Positions 11,257 through 23,357 of a DNA stretch of 64,000 nucleotides are shown here, in pieces. The position numbers and the translations under genes are program-made. This DNA is from Peribolospora baueri (taxonomy: Eukaryota). Below the pieces are notes generated by a model. The model saw only the letters and a list, made by a program, of their open reading frames with translations, was not told the DNA's origin and made no database searches. The stretch is from contig JAMDHS010000060.1 of the NCBI GenBank assembly GCA_029717555.1, positions 62,001-126,000 of the forward strand, read 5' to 3'. Each line of letters begins with the position of its first letter. The stretch's first letter is position 1.

Positions 11257-13959
11257 ATGTCAGCCGAGTCGCACCCGACCTCGACCAAGGAGAAAGAGCT
11301 CCAGGCCGTTGACTCGGCCGCCAACAACGAGGAGGAGTCTTCGAGTGACTCCGACACGGAGGCTGTAGAGGGAGAGACGCCAGATGCCATTCTGCAGCCC
11401 GGCGGTGAGCTGTCTTCGACCTCGTCGAACAAGAAGAAGAAAAAGAAGAAGAAGAAGTCTAAGATGATGCAGAAGCTCAAGAAGAAGCTTGGTGCTGGCG
11501 AGGATGTGGAGGGACAGGGGAACGCTGCCGTTGGAGGGGCAGGGGGGGACGGCGCCGAGGTCGAGGTCCCAAAGGAGGTTCTGGATACAGTGCGGATGCA
11601 AGTGGAGGCGGATTTGGGCAAAGAGGCGGCGGGCAAGGTGAACATGGAGAGCTTGATGAAGGTCATGCGCCTTCTCAACCTTGAGAGGGAATCGATGCTC
11701 AGGAGCCAGGAGAGCAAGCAGAAGGGTCAAAAGGCAATCGCCGATCACAAGTTTTGGAAGACCCAGCCGGTGGCCAAGCCTGGTGAGCGCGCTGGAACCT
11801 GCCTTTCTTGACGGTCTCGGTTTTCCGATCTTCAACGGACTGTTGATTGCTTCAGCGCTCCCTTTTGTTTGTTTGTTTGTACTACCGCTCGATTCCAGGC
11901 GAGGGCCCAATCACGGAAGAAGGCCCGATCGAGCCGAGCGTGCCCCGGGAGCAGGTACGCCAGGAGCCGTACCCTCTCCCGAAGGACTTCCAATGGGTCA
12001 CCATTGACATCGACAACGAGACCGAGGTGCGTGTGACGTATTCGCTCAATGCTCGTTTCACGAAGGTGAGCGACGGAACCTTGTTCGATGCTGATGGCAG
12101 TTATGCGGCCCAATTTGCACGCGACAGCTCAAAGAGGTGTATGATCTTCTGTCAGCCAACTACGTCGAGGACGACGATGCCTCCTTGCGTTTCAACTACT
12201 CCGCTGAGTTTTTGGAGTGGTGAGCTATCGCGCCGCCATCTGTCCTCTGTTTCTTAGACGAGGCGTCGCTTATCCATGGTCGTTGTTGATCTCTCGTCGT
12301 CGACAGGGTTTTGAAGCATCCCGGCTACCACAAGTCCTGGCACGTTGGCATCCGCGCTGTTACCTCTGGCAAGCTTCTGGCGTTCATTTCCGGCATCCCG
12401 ACTGACCTCCGCGTCCGAAAGCAGTGCGTCCTTCCTCGCTCGAAAATAAGTCCTCGTCTTCTGATGTGTACTGACGGGTCTAGTTGATTCTTTTTCCAGG
12501 AAATATATCAGCGCCGAGATCAACTTTCTGTGCGTCCACAAGAAATTGCGCTCCAAGAGGCTTGCGCCCGTTCTCATCAAAGAGGTTACGCGCCGCTGTC
12601 ACCTCGAAGGCATCTTTCAGGCCATCTACACCGCCGGTGTAGTCCTGCCGACGCCGATATCGTGCGCGCGGTGAGTCACGTTAAGTGGACGGGTCGAAGC
12701 GATCGCTCGCCTCGGATGCTGATCCGCGGCCGTTTGCGGTCGGTTCGGCAGCTACTACCACCGTTCTCTGAACCCTCAGAAGTTGCTGGACATCGGCTTC
12801 TCCGCGCTGCCCGAGGACATGCCTCTGGACCGTTTCATAAAGCGCTTTAAGGTGCCGACGGAGACCACGACCCCGGGCCTGCGCGAGATGGAAGCCAAGG
12901 ACGTGGAGCAGGTCGGTCGGCTTCTCAGGAGATATCTGAGGAGGTATGACATGGCGCCCGATTTCACGGATGAGGAGGTGGCACACGTGCTACTGAGCGG
13001 CAAGGGCGAGGAGGTGGATGGAAAGAGGGAGAAGCAGGTCACTTGGACTTATGTGGTTGAGGTAAGCGCGTGCGACCGGTATCTCCATGGACGCGTGTCA
13101 TTCTGATGCCAGACGCTCTTCATTAACATTGACACCTTTTGCCTGCGTTCACTCTTTTAGGACCCCACAGCGCACACCATCACAGACTTCTTCTCCTTCT
13201 ACTCTCTACCCTCGACGGTCATACACGGCGAGGGCGAAAATAGACTGCTCTACGCCGCGTACCTGTTCTATTACGCCACGGACGCCGCCTTCGCAACGCC
13301 CACTTCCTCGCAGGGCGCGTCCACGTCGGAAGAACCCGAGTTGGACCCGCGTTGGGAGGACGAGAGCCCAGAGATCAAGGCGGGGCTGAAGCAGAGACTG
13401 AATAGCTTGATGGAGGACATGCTGATCCTCGCAAAGCAGGTGAGTGTGTAGGCTGCGGTGGGGCGGCACATTCGCTTGACATTGTCATGACACAGGCGAA
13501 AAGCGCTACATCCGGTTCCCTCTCTCATCGCTTCTTTTTTCGGCCCACCCGTCTTCGGCAACAGAACAACTTTGACGTGGTCAACTGTCTGACGGTCATG
13601 GACAATCAGTTGTTCATCGACCGACAGAAGTTTGGTCCCGGCGATGGTTTCCTGCGATATTACCTCTACGTGAGCCTTCTGTTCCCGTGATGCGACTGCA
13701 TCCCAATCCCGAGCTGACCGTCTTCCTTGCTGCTTACTTGCTTGTGTTACAGAATTGGCGAGTGTTCCCTGTCGCTGGCGGCATGGGCAACCGGGCAGGC
13801 GAGACAGAGCTGGACCCGGCGTTTCAGTACGCAAACCGGGAGAAGGTGCTGTCGGACAAGAACAAGCGTGGCGAGTTCTCCGTCGAGGAGCTCAGGAGCC
13901 TCCGGGCGAACATGCCGCGCCCGGAGCTGGGCTCGGGCTTGGGTGTTGTCATGCTGTAG
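11257..13959 (+). CDS. NMT1: Glycylpeptide N-tetradecanoyltransferase (N-myristoyltransferase), multi-exon
   Basis: Poly-Lys N-terminal tract, [64 protein letters not shown] and C-terminal GLGVVML*. Confidence 0.97.
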
Positions 13960-14129
13960 TGCGCCTTCCCTTCGCATGTGGCCGCCATTTCGTAACTGCC
14001 TTGCACATGTATGCCGTAGCGAAGAGATGAAATGGTTACGCTGTTGCGCTTGCTCGGAGCAGCATACGTGGAATCCTCTGCCCCCGCCCGGGCCGGAAGA
14101 ATCGCGGCCGACTCCACGTGACGGTGACG

Positions 14130-14280
14130 GGCGGACGCGCTGAGCGTGGCGAGGACGCGTAGCGCGTCTGGCCGAGCGTTCCCGCCAGGAGCGCTGGAGG
14201 GATCACGCATATACTACTCACTGTAACGAAGCAAGTAGGGTTCGTACGCGGACACCGCTGAACGCTCGAGTCGCGGCGAG
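14130..14280 (+). promoter_or_regulatory. Cluster of MCB-like (ACGCGT/CGCG) elements upstream of the homeodomain gene
   Basis: ACGCGT at 14155-14160, GCGCGT at 14162-14167, and further ACGCG at about 14135 and 14246, just before a pyrimidine-rich leader. Confidence 0.4.
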
Positions 14281-14552
14281 GAGAGCACCACCACCTCTTC
14301 TCACCATCCACCTCCATCACGCAAGACACGCCACGACGCTCTATCGTCGCCGTCTCCTGCTCGGCTTCCCCCATCGCCCTTCTTTCTTCTTTCCACCGCG
14401 CTCCTTCGTCTTCTTGCTTCGCTTCTTACCCTCGTCGTCGTGCCTCTTCTTCGCATCCGTCTTGTTGGATCGCGGACGCGCTCGCGTACGTGGTCAGCGC
14501 TCCCACTTCTTTCTTTCTTTGTTCCTTCGCCTCCTGCTCGCTGTCCCCCGAC

Positions 14553-17303
14553 ATGCAACATCCCGACCCCAAGGCGTCGCCATGCGCCCACGACGAGCTC
14601 GTCGAATGGCCCTCCAGCTCGCCAGCCGCTGCCGCCGTCCCCGGTACCGCCCTCGACGCGAACCTGGCGCTACACGGCATCCCCCACGCTATCTCCCTCG
14701 CCCTCGCTCATCAAGCCCAATCCGAGTCGCTCGTGCAAGGCCCAGCGCCGGACGCCTTCTATCACGATAGTCTCGAAGAACACGCGGATCTCGCGCCTCC
14801 GCCCGCCGCGCCGACTCTTGACTCGCCCGTGCCGCTACAAGAGATCGATCCCGCTCAGCTCCCCAGCACTTCTCAGACTGCGCGAGCAACCGCGCGACAA
14901 GCGGCGGAGCGCAAGCGTCGTCGCCGTACCGCCCCCGATGAAGTCAACGTCCTCCTCTCTGCCTACCACGAGAACCCTTTCCCCGATGCGGCCATGCGCG
15001 GAGCGCTCGCTCAAACCGTAGGTATGACCCCGCGGGCCATCGGCGTCTGGTTCCAGAATAGGCGGCAGGCAGAGAAGAAGCGCAGGCTCAGGTACGACCC
15101 CGGCAGGGAGGCTACGGACGGCGTCGGCGTCGGCATCGGCGCTGCCGCCGATAAGTCGTCCCTGCCCCGTGCCGGCAGCCACCAGGGCTGGAATGATCCG
15201 GAAGGAGATAAGGAGAACATCCCTCCGCTCAGGGATGAAGACAAGGAAAACGAGCGTCCCTTCGGCACCCCGCTCCTCACACCCATCGCCGACACGCCCG
15301 CAGCACAGAGCGTTCCGAATGGCTCGAAGACCTCCGATTTCAGGGCCATGGCGTTGGGCGAGAGCGTCTCCGCGTTGGCCAGCCGCATTCGCCCCTGTCG
15401 AGGCGGACGCGCTTTGCAACGCCACGCTACCTTGTCCGAATCCAACGCGCCGCACCGACGACCTCGAGTTTCCTCGCCCGCGCGCGGCTCTCGTCCGTCC
15501 CTGCAGCGCTCATCCACTCTCGGCGACGTGACCAACGCGCGTCGCGAAGGTACCGTCATCGGGCCTGCGGCTTTGAAAGCTGCCTTTCCGGTGCGGAAAG
15601 AACCGTCTCACGGTGTGCTCAGACACAGACGCACGAAGCCTTCCCTGGACGCCGTGGCGAACGCGTCCAGCTACTTTGGCCGCACCGTGTTCAACGACGA
15701 CGACGACGACGACGACCCTAACACGGTGACGTCTCAAGATCGTGTCTCGCGATGGAGGCGGACCGACAGCGCCTTGACAGTCGCGACCGAGATCTTTGCC
15801 GATGGAACCGATACCACTCCCCAGTCTCCCTCACCAATGTACCCCTCCCACTTTTCGCTCCTCACAAATGCCTCTGGGCGCGCGTCTGTCGCCAGCCTTG
15901 GGGAGGAGGTGGACGACGACGCGGACCGTCGACGTTTCTCTCGGACGACCTCGTTCCAATCCATTGCGCATCCGACTTTCCCCGCGTCGCCTCACGAACA
16001 CTTGCCACGGACCGAGGTGGAGATATGGGAGCGCATGGAGTCCGATCCGCCCAGTATCGATTTGGAAGAGCTAACGCGCGCATCAGAGCCGGACGACGAG
16101 CGGACCGAGCGTCGAGGCGAGCCCGTGTCTTCCAAGAGCCCCGACGACCCGCGTCGCATCCTGCGCAGACGCAAGTCTGCCGTGGGAGACCAGACTCTGG
16201 GTGGCTTTTCCGGCCTGCGGAGGACGGCTAGCTTGGAGTGGGCTGCGAGCCGCCGGGATGGGAGCGGCTTGCCTAGCGAGCGCTCGCTGGCCATCAGCCT
16301 TAAGAGGAGGTGGCAGGATGATGCCATAGGCCTTGGCTCGCCGAGCGGGCAGTCTCAGTCGACCCTCAGCGTACGCAGCACGCCGGCTCGAGCTACCACG
16401 ACTCCCAAGGCGACGTCGAGTGAGAAGCGCTCCGGCCAGTCAAAAGCCGTCCTTTTGGCTCCCTCCGTGCCATCTACCGTTCCTCAAAGCCGTGCAGCGG
16501 AATGCAGGCTCGCCGGCACCTCTCGCAGCGCTTCGTGGTATGCCGGTTTCAAGGCTCCGCGCACAGTGGCCGGTTCAGTCGCGCCGAGCATCTCCCATCT
16601 ATCTCCCTCGTCGCTTCTGCCTGGTGTCCGCGACGCGTCCGAGACGCTGGGATCCAGTCCGTTAGTTTCTGCAGGCGTCAGTGCGGTGGGAAGCGCGAGA
16701 GGCCGCACACGAGAATCGTCGATCCGCGAAAGCTCTGGGGAAGACGAAGAAAGGAGTCCTCAAGTCGTTCAGGAGCCCACCACGATCGCCATGGCCGCCT
16801 TTGCCGAGGCGAACGCTGGCTCGCCCGTCGGTGCCGCCCCTCCTGCTAAAGAGGCGGCTTTGCAGCCTCCACGGGCGCCGCTCGCCGCAGTGCTTTCTGC
16901 CGCGAATACCCACGCCAACGTCAACGCCAGTCCTACCCTTGAGAGCGCCTCCAAGCTCGGCAATGGCCCCCAGACTAAGAGGGCATTCCGCTCCGTGCCC
17001 TCTCGATCCGCTCGAGGCCGTGCGACGCCCCCCGTGCGGGCTCGAGGCACCAAGCCCGCCGGCACTGTGGATGAGAATTACGATGACGACGAGGTGGACG
17101 AAGAGAATAGGGAACAGGATGAGAACCGCCGGCCGAACTCGTCCATCGGCCCCTCTCCGCTGTCACGTTCTCGCCCCTGGCCTTACCCCGAAGGCCGCGC
17201 CCGTCCCAGGCAGCCTGGACAGCCCCAACGTGGCGGGGCGCGCGAGCAGGATCGGGAGTGCGCCGAGCTGCTCCTTGGTTTGGGGATGGGGATGCCACGA
17301 TAG
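14553..17303 (+). CDS. Homeodomain transcription factor, Yox1/Yhp1-like cell-cycle repressor, intronless (about 916 aa)
   Basis: Homeodomain RKRRRRTAPDEVNVLLSAYHENPFPDAAMRGALAQTVGMTPRAIGVWFQNRRQAEKK, two KEN boxes (GDKENIPP, EDKENERP) and C-terminal ECAELLLGL motif. First ATG in the long ORF is at 14553. The homeodomain is certain; the Yox1 assignment is inferred. Confidence 0.85.
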   Translation: MQHPDPKASPCAHDELVEWPSSSPAAAAVPGTALDANLALHGIPHAISLALAHQAQSESLVQGPAPDAFYHDSLEEHADLAPPPAAPTLDSPVPLQEIDPAQLPSTSQTARATARQAAERKRRRRTAPDEVNVLLSAYHENPFPDAAMRGALAQTVGMTPRAIGVWFQNRRQAEKKRRLRYDPGREATDGVGVGIGAAADKSSLPRAGSHQGWNDPEGDKENIPPLRDEDKENERPFGTPLLTPIADTPAAQSVPNGSKTSDFRAMALGESVSALASRIRPCRGGRALQRHATLSESNAPHRRPRVSSPARGSRPSLQRSSTLGDVTNARREGTVIGPAALKAAFPVRKEPSHGVLRHRRTKPSLDAVANASSYFGRTVFNDDDDDDDPNTVTSQDRVSRWRRTDSALTVATEIFADGTDTTPQSPSPMYPSHFSLLTNASGRASVASLGEEVDDDADRRRFSRTTSFQSIAHPTFPASPHEHLPRTEVEIWERMESDPPSIDLEELTRASEPDDERTERRGEPVSSKSPDDPRRILRRRKSAVGDQTLGGFSGLRRTASLEWAASRRDGSGLPSERSLAISLKRRWQDDAIGLGSPSGQSQSTLSVRSTPARATTTPKATSSEKRSGQSKAVLLAPSVPSTVPQSRAAECRLAGTSRSASWYAGFKAPRTVAGSVAPSISHLSPSSLLPGVRDASETLGSSPLVSAGVSAVGSARGRTRESSIRESSGEDEERSPQVVQEPTTIAMAAFAEANAGSPVGAAPPAKEAALQPPRAPLAAVLSAANTHANVNASPTLESASKLGNGPQTKRAFRSVPSRSARGRATPPVRARGTKPAGTVDENYDDDEVDEENREQDENRRPNSSIGPSPLSRSRPWPYPEGRARPRQPGQPQRGGAREQDRECAELLLGLGMGMPR

Positions 17304-17599
17304 AGCGACGCCGCGTTGGATTGGAAGGAAAGAGTCAAGTGCGAAGAGGAGGGAAAGGGGAAGGGGAGAAGTCAAATATGAAAGTTAAATTCTTGTGTTC
17401 GTTCGTTCCATCTTCGACCCGCCTCGATTCCCGCTATTTCTTTTTTTCGCTCTTGAGCGCAAGGCAAAAAGCGCTCTCTTTGTCTTCCTCTGCCTACATT
17501 ACATTACCAACCTCGTCGGCGGGAGATTTTGCTGTTCTCCTTTTCTTTTCGCTCACATGCCCGAGTGTAATCTTCAATAGGAACACCTGGGCTTTCAGA

Positions 17600-17750
17600 C
17601 GTATTCGCGAGTTTGCACGTGCCTTGGACGCGAGACGCGTTAATTAAGAGATCGACCGACCGTGTGGCGGCCAACCTTTGTACGAGCGAGCGAGCGTCGA
17701 CGACACAACTTTTAGTGAGCATTTCCGGCAGCCAATCGCCCGCGTACGCT
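17600..17750 (+). promoter_or_regulatory. MCB-like elements upstream of MSH3
   Basis: TTCGCGA at 17604-17610, tandem ACGCGA-G-ACGCGT at 17628-17640 and CGCGTA at 17741-17746. Confidence 0.4.
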
Positions 17751-17782
17751 CATTCGATCCGCCAGGCGCCCGACGACCGAGC

Positions 17783-20700
17783 ATGGCGCCGGCCAAAATC
17801 ACCGGAGGCCAGCAGAGCACGCTTTCCTCTTTCTTCAAGCGCAAGGACGCCCCACCAACAAGCGACGGCAGCGATGCTTCGGCGGTCGTCGACAGCCATG
17901 GCAAAGGCGGATCGAACGTGGCCGGGACTTCTCTTCTGCCTGTCAAGAAGGCCAGGCAGAGCATTGTGGAGAGCACGCCCGAGCAAGCGAAGAAGGCCCG
18001 CGATCGCATGGGGAGGTGGCGGTTCGACCCCTCCTCGACGGACCAGTCGCAGTCACAGTTTGACCAGTCTCTTAAGATCGACGAGCACCAGGGAGAGGCG
18101 AGCATAGAGACGGATAGCTTAGCTGAGCGCCGAGAGCAAGAAAGAGAGAGGGCACAGAGGCACGAAGCATTTCGGAGGAAGCTTATCGGCGCCGATAATC
18201 CGCTCGCCAGGAGGAGATTACGTGCCATTGCGGACGAGGACGAGGTGGGAAGGACGGACAGGGAGGGGGCCACGGCTGGTTCGACGCCTATGGAGGTGGA
18301 CGAGGTCGAAAACGACGGCGGGCGAGCACCTGGTGAAGATGAGGATGAAGGAGAGGCGGGAGCGATAGCCAATCCCTTTTCGCGGTTTGCAGCGAGCGCA
18401 ACCGACGTGAGCAAATCGCCCAGCCCCGCCGTCTCTAGCCAGTCGGCAAAGGGCAAAGCGAAGGCGACCACAAAAGCAAGAGGGAAATCAAAGGAGGTGG
18501 ACGCTGGTATCAAATACACTCCGCTAGAGAAGCAGGTGTTGGAAATCAAGGCAGCTAACCCAGGGGTACTCCTCATCGTCGAGGTCGGCTACAAGTTCAG
18601 GTGAATAATGCAGCTCTGTTTCCAAGTCCAGAGCATCCGAGAAAAACTATTCGGAACTTGAGACTGATACTGTTTTCCGCCGTAATTTCTTGACCTGACA
18701 GGTTCTTTGGCGAGGACGCAAGAGTGAGTTTGACGTGGCTAGTTGTGCACGACCATCTTTGCCGTATTGTACTGAATTTGTCCGCCTTCTTTGCAAACAA
18801 GATCGCAGCCCGCGAACTGTGAGCGTAGGCTTTGAGCGCAGAAACGAACCCGTGGAGGACCGCTCATGCCTTCTTCTTCTTCTTCTTCTTCTTTTTTATA
18901 CCAGTAATGTCATGGCCTTCCCTGACAAGAACATGCTGTCCGCCATGATCCCAGTTCACCGTCTACACATCCATATCAAGAAGCTCATCACCCAAGGCTA
19001 CAAAGTTGGCATCGTCAGGCAGATGGAGACGCGTGCCCTCAAGGCGGCTGGTGACAATAAGAGTGCGCCATTCACTCGGGCGTTGACGCAGCTGTACACT
19101 GTGAGCATTTTTGTACGCTCCTGCCACCAGACGGGCGTCAATATTGAATCTCTTCTCTTGCAGGCTTCGACGTGGGTGGACGACCTTGACTCGCTTGACT
19201 CTCTCTCCAAGAGCTTCTCGTCACCGACAACTCCGAACACTCTTGTCGCCCTTATGGAGCGCCTAGAAGGGGGAAGCGGCGTAGACGAGCGAGTGTCGTT
19301 CGGCATGGTCGTACGTGTTCTATCTGTCCATCTGGTGGCCCAGAACTACAAAGGACAACCGTTGAGTTCTCAACTTCTCTTTTGAATTTCTTGGAACAGG
19401 CCGTCCAACCCTCCACTGGCGATATTGTTTACGACCAATTTGAGGACGGTTACATGCGCTCCGAGCTTGAGACCCGGTTAACGCATTTGCAGCCTTCCGA
19501 GTTTCTCCTTCAAAAGGACATGAGCAAGCCGACTGAGAAGATGCTTAGATATATTGCTGGCCAGACCACCACTGGCAAAGGGGAGAAGATTCGAGTCGAG
19601 CGGGTGAAGGACGAGGAGTTGTCAAAATACAACGCCGCCTTCACGGCCGTGAGCGAATTTTACCAAAAGGAGGCCAGTATGGACGAGAATGGTGCGGGCG
19701 GCAGCAGTCATGGCGAGTAGCTCTGGATTTACTTCGACGGCGTATCTCTGTCCAATATTAATACCTTTCACTTAATATATATCTTTTCCCAGTAGGCGAG
19801 GTGCTGGCGACAGTCGTGAACCTTCCCGACCAGGTCATCATGGCCTTGGCTGCTCTGATCAAGCATCTGACCGCCTTCGGTCTCGAGTCAGCCTTTCGCC
19901 TCACCAAGTTCTTTGCTCCTTTTACATCTCGATCATCTATGCTACTGACGGGCAATACCCTTACCAACTTGGTTAGTCCCATGCGCGGAGTGACGATTGC
20001 GGTACTGATGTTCAACAAGGTCGACTCTTTCCTCCGGCCCGTTTCATTTGTCCGGTAGGAGATTTACCGCAACTCGACCAACTTCGCCGAAAAGGGCAGC
20101 CTCCTATGGATCCTCGATCATACGAAGACCATGTTCGGCCGCCGTCTTCTGCGCAAGTGGATCGGCAGGCCGCTCGTAGATGTTGAGTGGGTTTACACCA
20201 CCAATTGCTTTTCCTCGAAAATGTAATTCGCTAACGCTTATCATGCGCAGAGCTTTGCAGGCCCGAGTCGACGCTGTGGAGGAGTGCTTGTCTAGCACTC
20301 ATCCTGCATTGGATAAGCTTAAAGGTTTACTACATGGGCGTGAGTGTGGCTTCTCCGAGTCCTGCACCGACTCCTTGTGGACTAACTAGTCTCATACCAC
20401 ATCTGACTCGCAGTACCGGACCTGGAAAGAGGTCTTGCTCGCTTGAATTATGGAAGGGTAAGCTCAGCTCGTATGTAGAACGTGATTAGAACTAAGGCTC
20501 CTTACGCGACGCTTTCCTTTCACCTCAGTCATCACCCGCGGAGCTCGCCCAAATCCTCGTGGCCTTCGACCGTATCGCCAGGGAGTTCGACCCCGTAGGA
20601 TCTCCATCCGAAGTCGGCTTCTCATCCTCCATCCTTAACGATGCAATCGCGGCTTTGCCTTGTCTGCGCGGCATCGTTGGTCGATTTCTAGCCGATATCA

Positions 20701-22944
20701 ATTTGGTCGAAGCGAGGGCAAACAATAAGGCCGACTTGTTTCGGGACCCGGACAAGTACCCGGAGATTCAGGACACCAAGGACTGTCTGGCTGTCATGGA
20801 ACACGACTTCAAGGAGGTGCGTTGAAAGACCCGCCGTTGGGTTGACTGTTTGTTTAGAAACTAAAGCCGATCATTGACTTCTGTACCGTCAGCATCTTGT
20901 TGAGCGTGAGTGACTACATCAAATTTCTGCACATAGTGGAATGCTTTGTAACCACCTCCTCCCGTCTCTGTGCCCCACTTTTAGTACGCAAGCTCTTGAG
21001 AAAGCCCAATTTGCAGTACGCGACGGTGTCTGGCGACGATTATCTTATCGAGGTACGCAATACTGAGGCAAAGAAGGTGCCCGTCAATTGGGTAAAACAT
21101 AGCAAGTAAGTCTTTGCCAGGCCATTTTCACTGATCGTCCGCTTTAGGGGATTGAACATTCGTCGTCGGGTCGTGGCCATCTGACCAGACTTCTCGTCTT
21201 GTCCTGCTCAGTACCAAGGCCGTGACGAGATTTCGAACTCCTGAGATCCTCCGCATGCTCAAAGAGCGGGACCAACTGAGGGAAAAGCTGGGCGCAGGTA
21301 TGTAAGCAAACCGTCTGTCGATTTAGAGTTGTGATCTGATAGGAACATCGCTCTGGTCTCGCCCTCGTACAGAGGCAGAGCTAGCTTTCAAGACCTTCGT
21401 GAGGTGAGCTGATTTTGACGCCAGGGTAGACGAGAGTATTCATGACACCGCGCCTCTCCCTTTTCCCAGCGATGTCGCCGACCGGTATGAGGTCTTCCGC
21501 AACGTCATTACGAAACTGGGGATCATTGGTAAGGCTTATTTTAGCCTGCATCAAGAAGGCGTTCGAGGTTGTGCTCATCTTGAGCGTTTGCAGACTGTCT
21601 CCTCAGCCTCAGTGCGGTGGCTATGCTTCCGGGCTACGTCAAGCCTACCTTTAATGAAGAAGGAAAGATCGCTATTAAGAACGGCAGACATCCGATGGTT
21701 GAAGCACTCCGGGACGACCCCTTCGTGCCAAATTCCGTCGAGCTTGGTAGGGTGAGTAGACGTTCATGAAGCGGGATCGTCTGGATGCTGAAGCTGAAGC
21801 ATCTTACGCTTTAGGACAAAGAACGGGCGATGCTGATCACGGGCCCAAACATGGGTGGCAAGAGCAGTTGCGTAAGGTGAATGAGCTATGTGCGACGAGC
21901 TTGGCTGGACCACTCCTCACCAAGCTGGCCCTTTTGTCCTTTCAGAATGGTCGCGCTGCTTGCCATTATGGCCCAGATCGGAAGCTATGTTCCGGCGGAG
22001 CAAGCCAGCTTCAGCATGTCCGATGCCATTCTCACTCGTATGGGAGCTTCGGACGAGCTAGCGAAAGGGTAGGTTTCTCCATCTAGTCGACGCCTGCATC
22101 CTCTCGGCATCTCCAGCTTACGAGAGTATTTTCTCGTTCCCTCTTTCGTTCTTTATTCTTCTTTCAAAGGCGCTCCACTTTCATGGTCGAGATGGGTGAA
22201 ACTGCCGATATCCTCAAAACAGCAACCAAGAATTCCCTTGTCATCCTGGACGAGCTCGGTCGCGGTACTTCAAGCTGCGACGGTATGGCGACGGCGTATG
22301 CAGTCCTCAACCACCTTCTATATCGCGTCCAGTCGCCGAAGCTCCTATTCATCACTCATTTCATTAACCTCGGTGCTGTTGTCGAAGAGGTGGGCAAAAG
22401 AGCATAAGAGTTATCGACGAGGCTTTCCGACGTTCTTCTGACGAGACGGGATTTGATGCTGCAGGCCAAGGGCATCATCGTCAACAAGCATATGGTGAGG
22501 ACTTGATTTGGTTCGTAAACGGCTGCAGTCCAATTGTATTGAAAAACCTGTTCATTTATTACTGATCAGGGGTTCATCGAGGAGAAGCGCTTAGGTGAGG
22601 ATGTGACGAAAACAATTATAGCCAATGTTGCCTGGCTAACTAACCGGCGCATTTGTTTGACAGACGGTTCCACGGACATTACGTTCCTTTACAAGCTTCG
22701 CGATGGCCTGGCTTCACATTCGTACGGTATTGAAGTCGGCCGGACCGCATCCTTGCCTCCACCGCTACTCGAACGAGCTCAACAGAAGTCGATCGAACTT
22801 GAAACTTCGCACAAGTCTCGGTTGGCGGCCAACCTCGTCTCCTCCCTTTTCCACACGGACACGGACGCCAACGAGGACAAGATGCGCACCGCTCTGTCCA
22901 GCGCCAAGTCTCTTCTCTCCTCCTCACACAGCGTACTATTGTGA
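17783..22944 (+). CDS. MSH3: DNA mismatch repair protein Msh3 (MutS-beta), about 22 introns
   Basis: N-terminal PIP box QSTLSSFF, Msh3-specific [26 protein letters not shown]-loop [29 protein letters not shown] and FLYKL..SYGIEV. Confidence 0.96.
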
Positions 22945-23357
22945 AAGATTTTCGCAACTCTTGTGTAGCCATGTACCCATCGCAATTTCACTGCGCGAAA
23001 CGAATAGATAGATGGCTCTTCCTTCCCCGTACGGGAGAGCATCCATTTGTCTTGTGGTCGTACCCACACTCATGTGTGGTATCCGCTCAAGTCACACGAG
23101 CCCTTCCATATGCTCGGCGTCTCCAGTCTGATATTCGTTCGATTCCACCCCGCTTAGACTACATCACGCAGGTCCCCCTCAAGCGTTATCCTCCTTTTCC
23201 CAATCCTTCTTTCTTTCCATCCGAGAACCATCCACTCGAGGAAGGACTCGTGAGAAGCGAATGAATGAGACGAACTCAAAGTTGAGAAGGAAAGGAAGGG
23301 CTCATGGTTCAACGCACTGAACCAGGCTGTAGCGGAACGGGAGTGAGCCTGGACCAC

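Noticed and set aside
14553..17303. Homeodomain gene as a mating-type HD1/HD2 locus
   Set aside because: There is no divergent partner homeodomain gene and no pheromone or receptor genes. KEN boxes and the C-terminal motif fit a cell-cycle repressor better.
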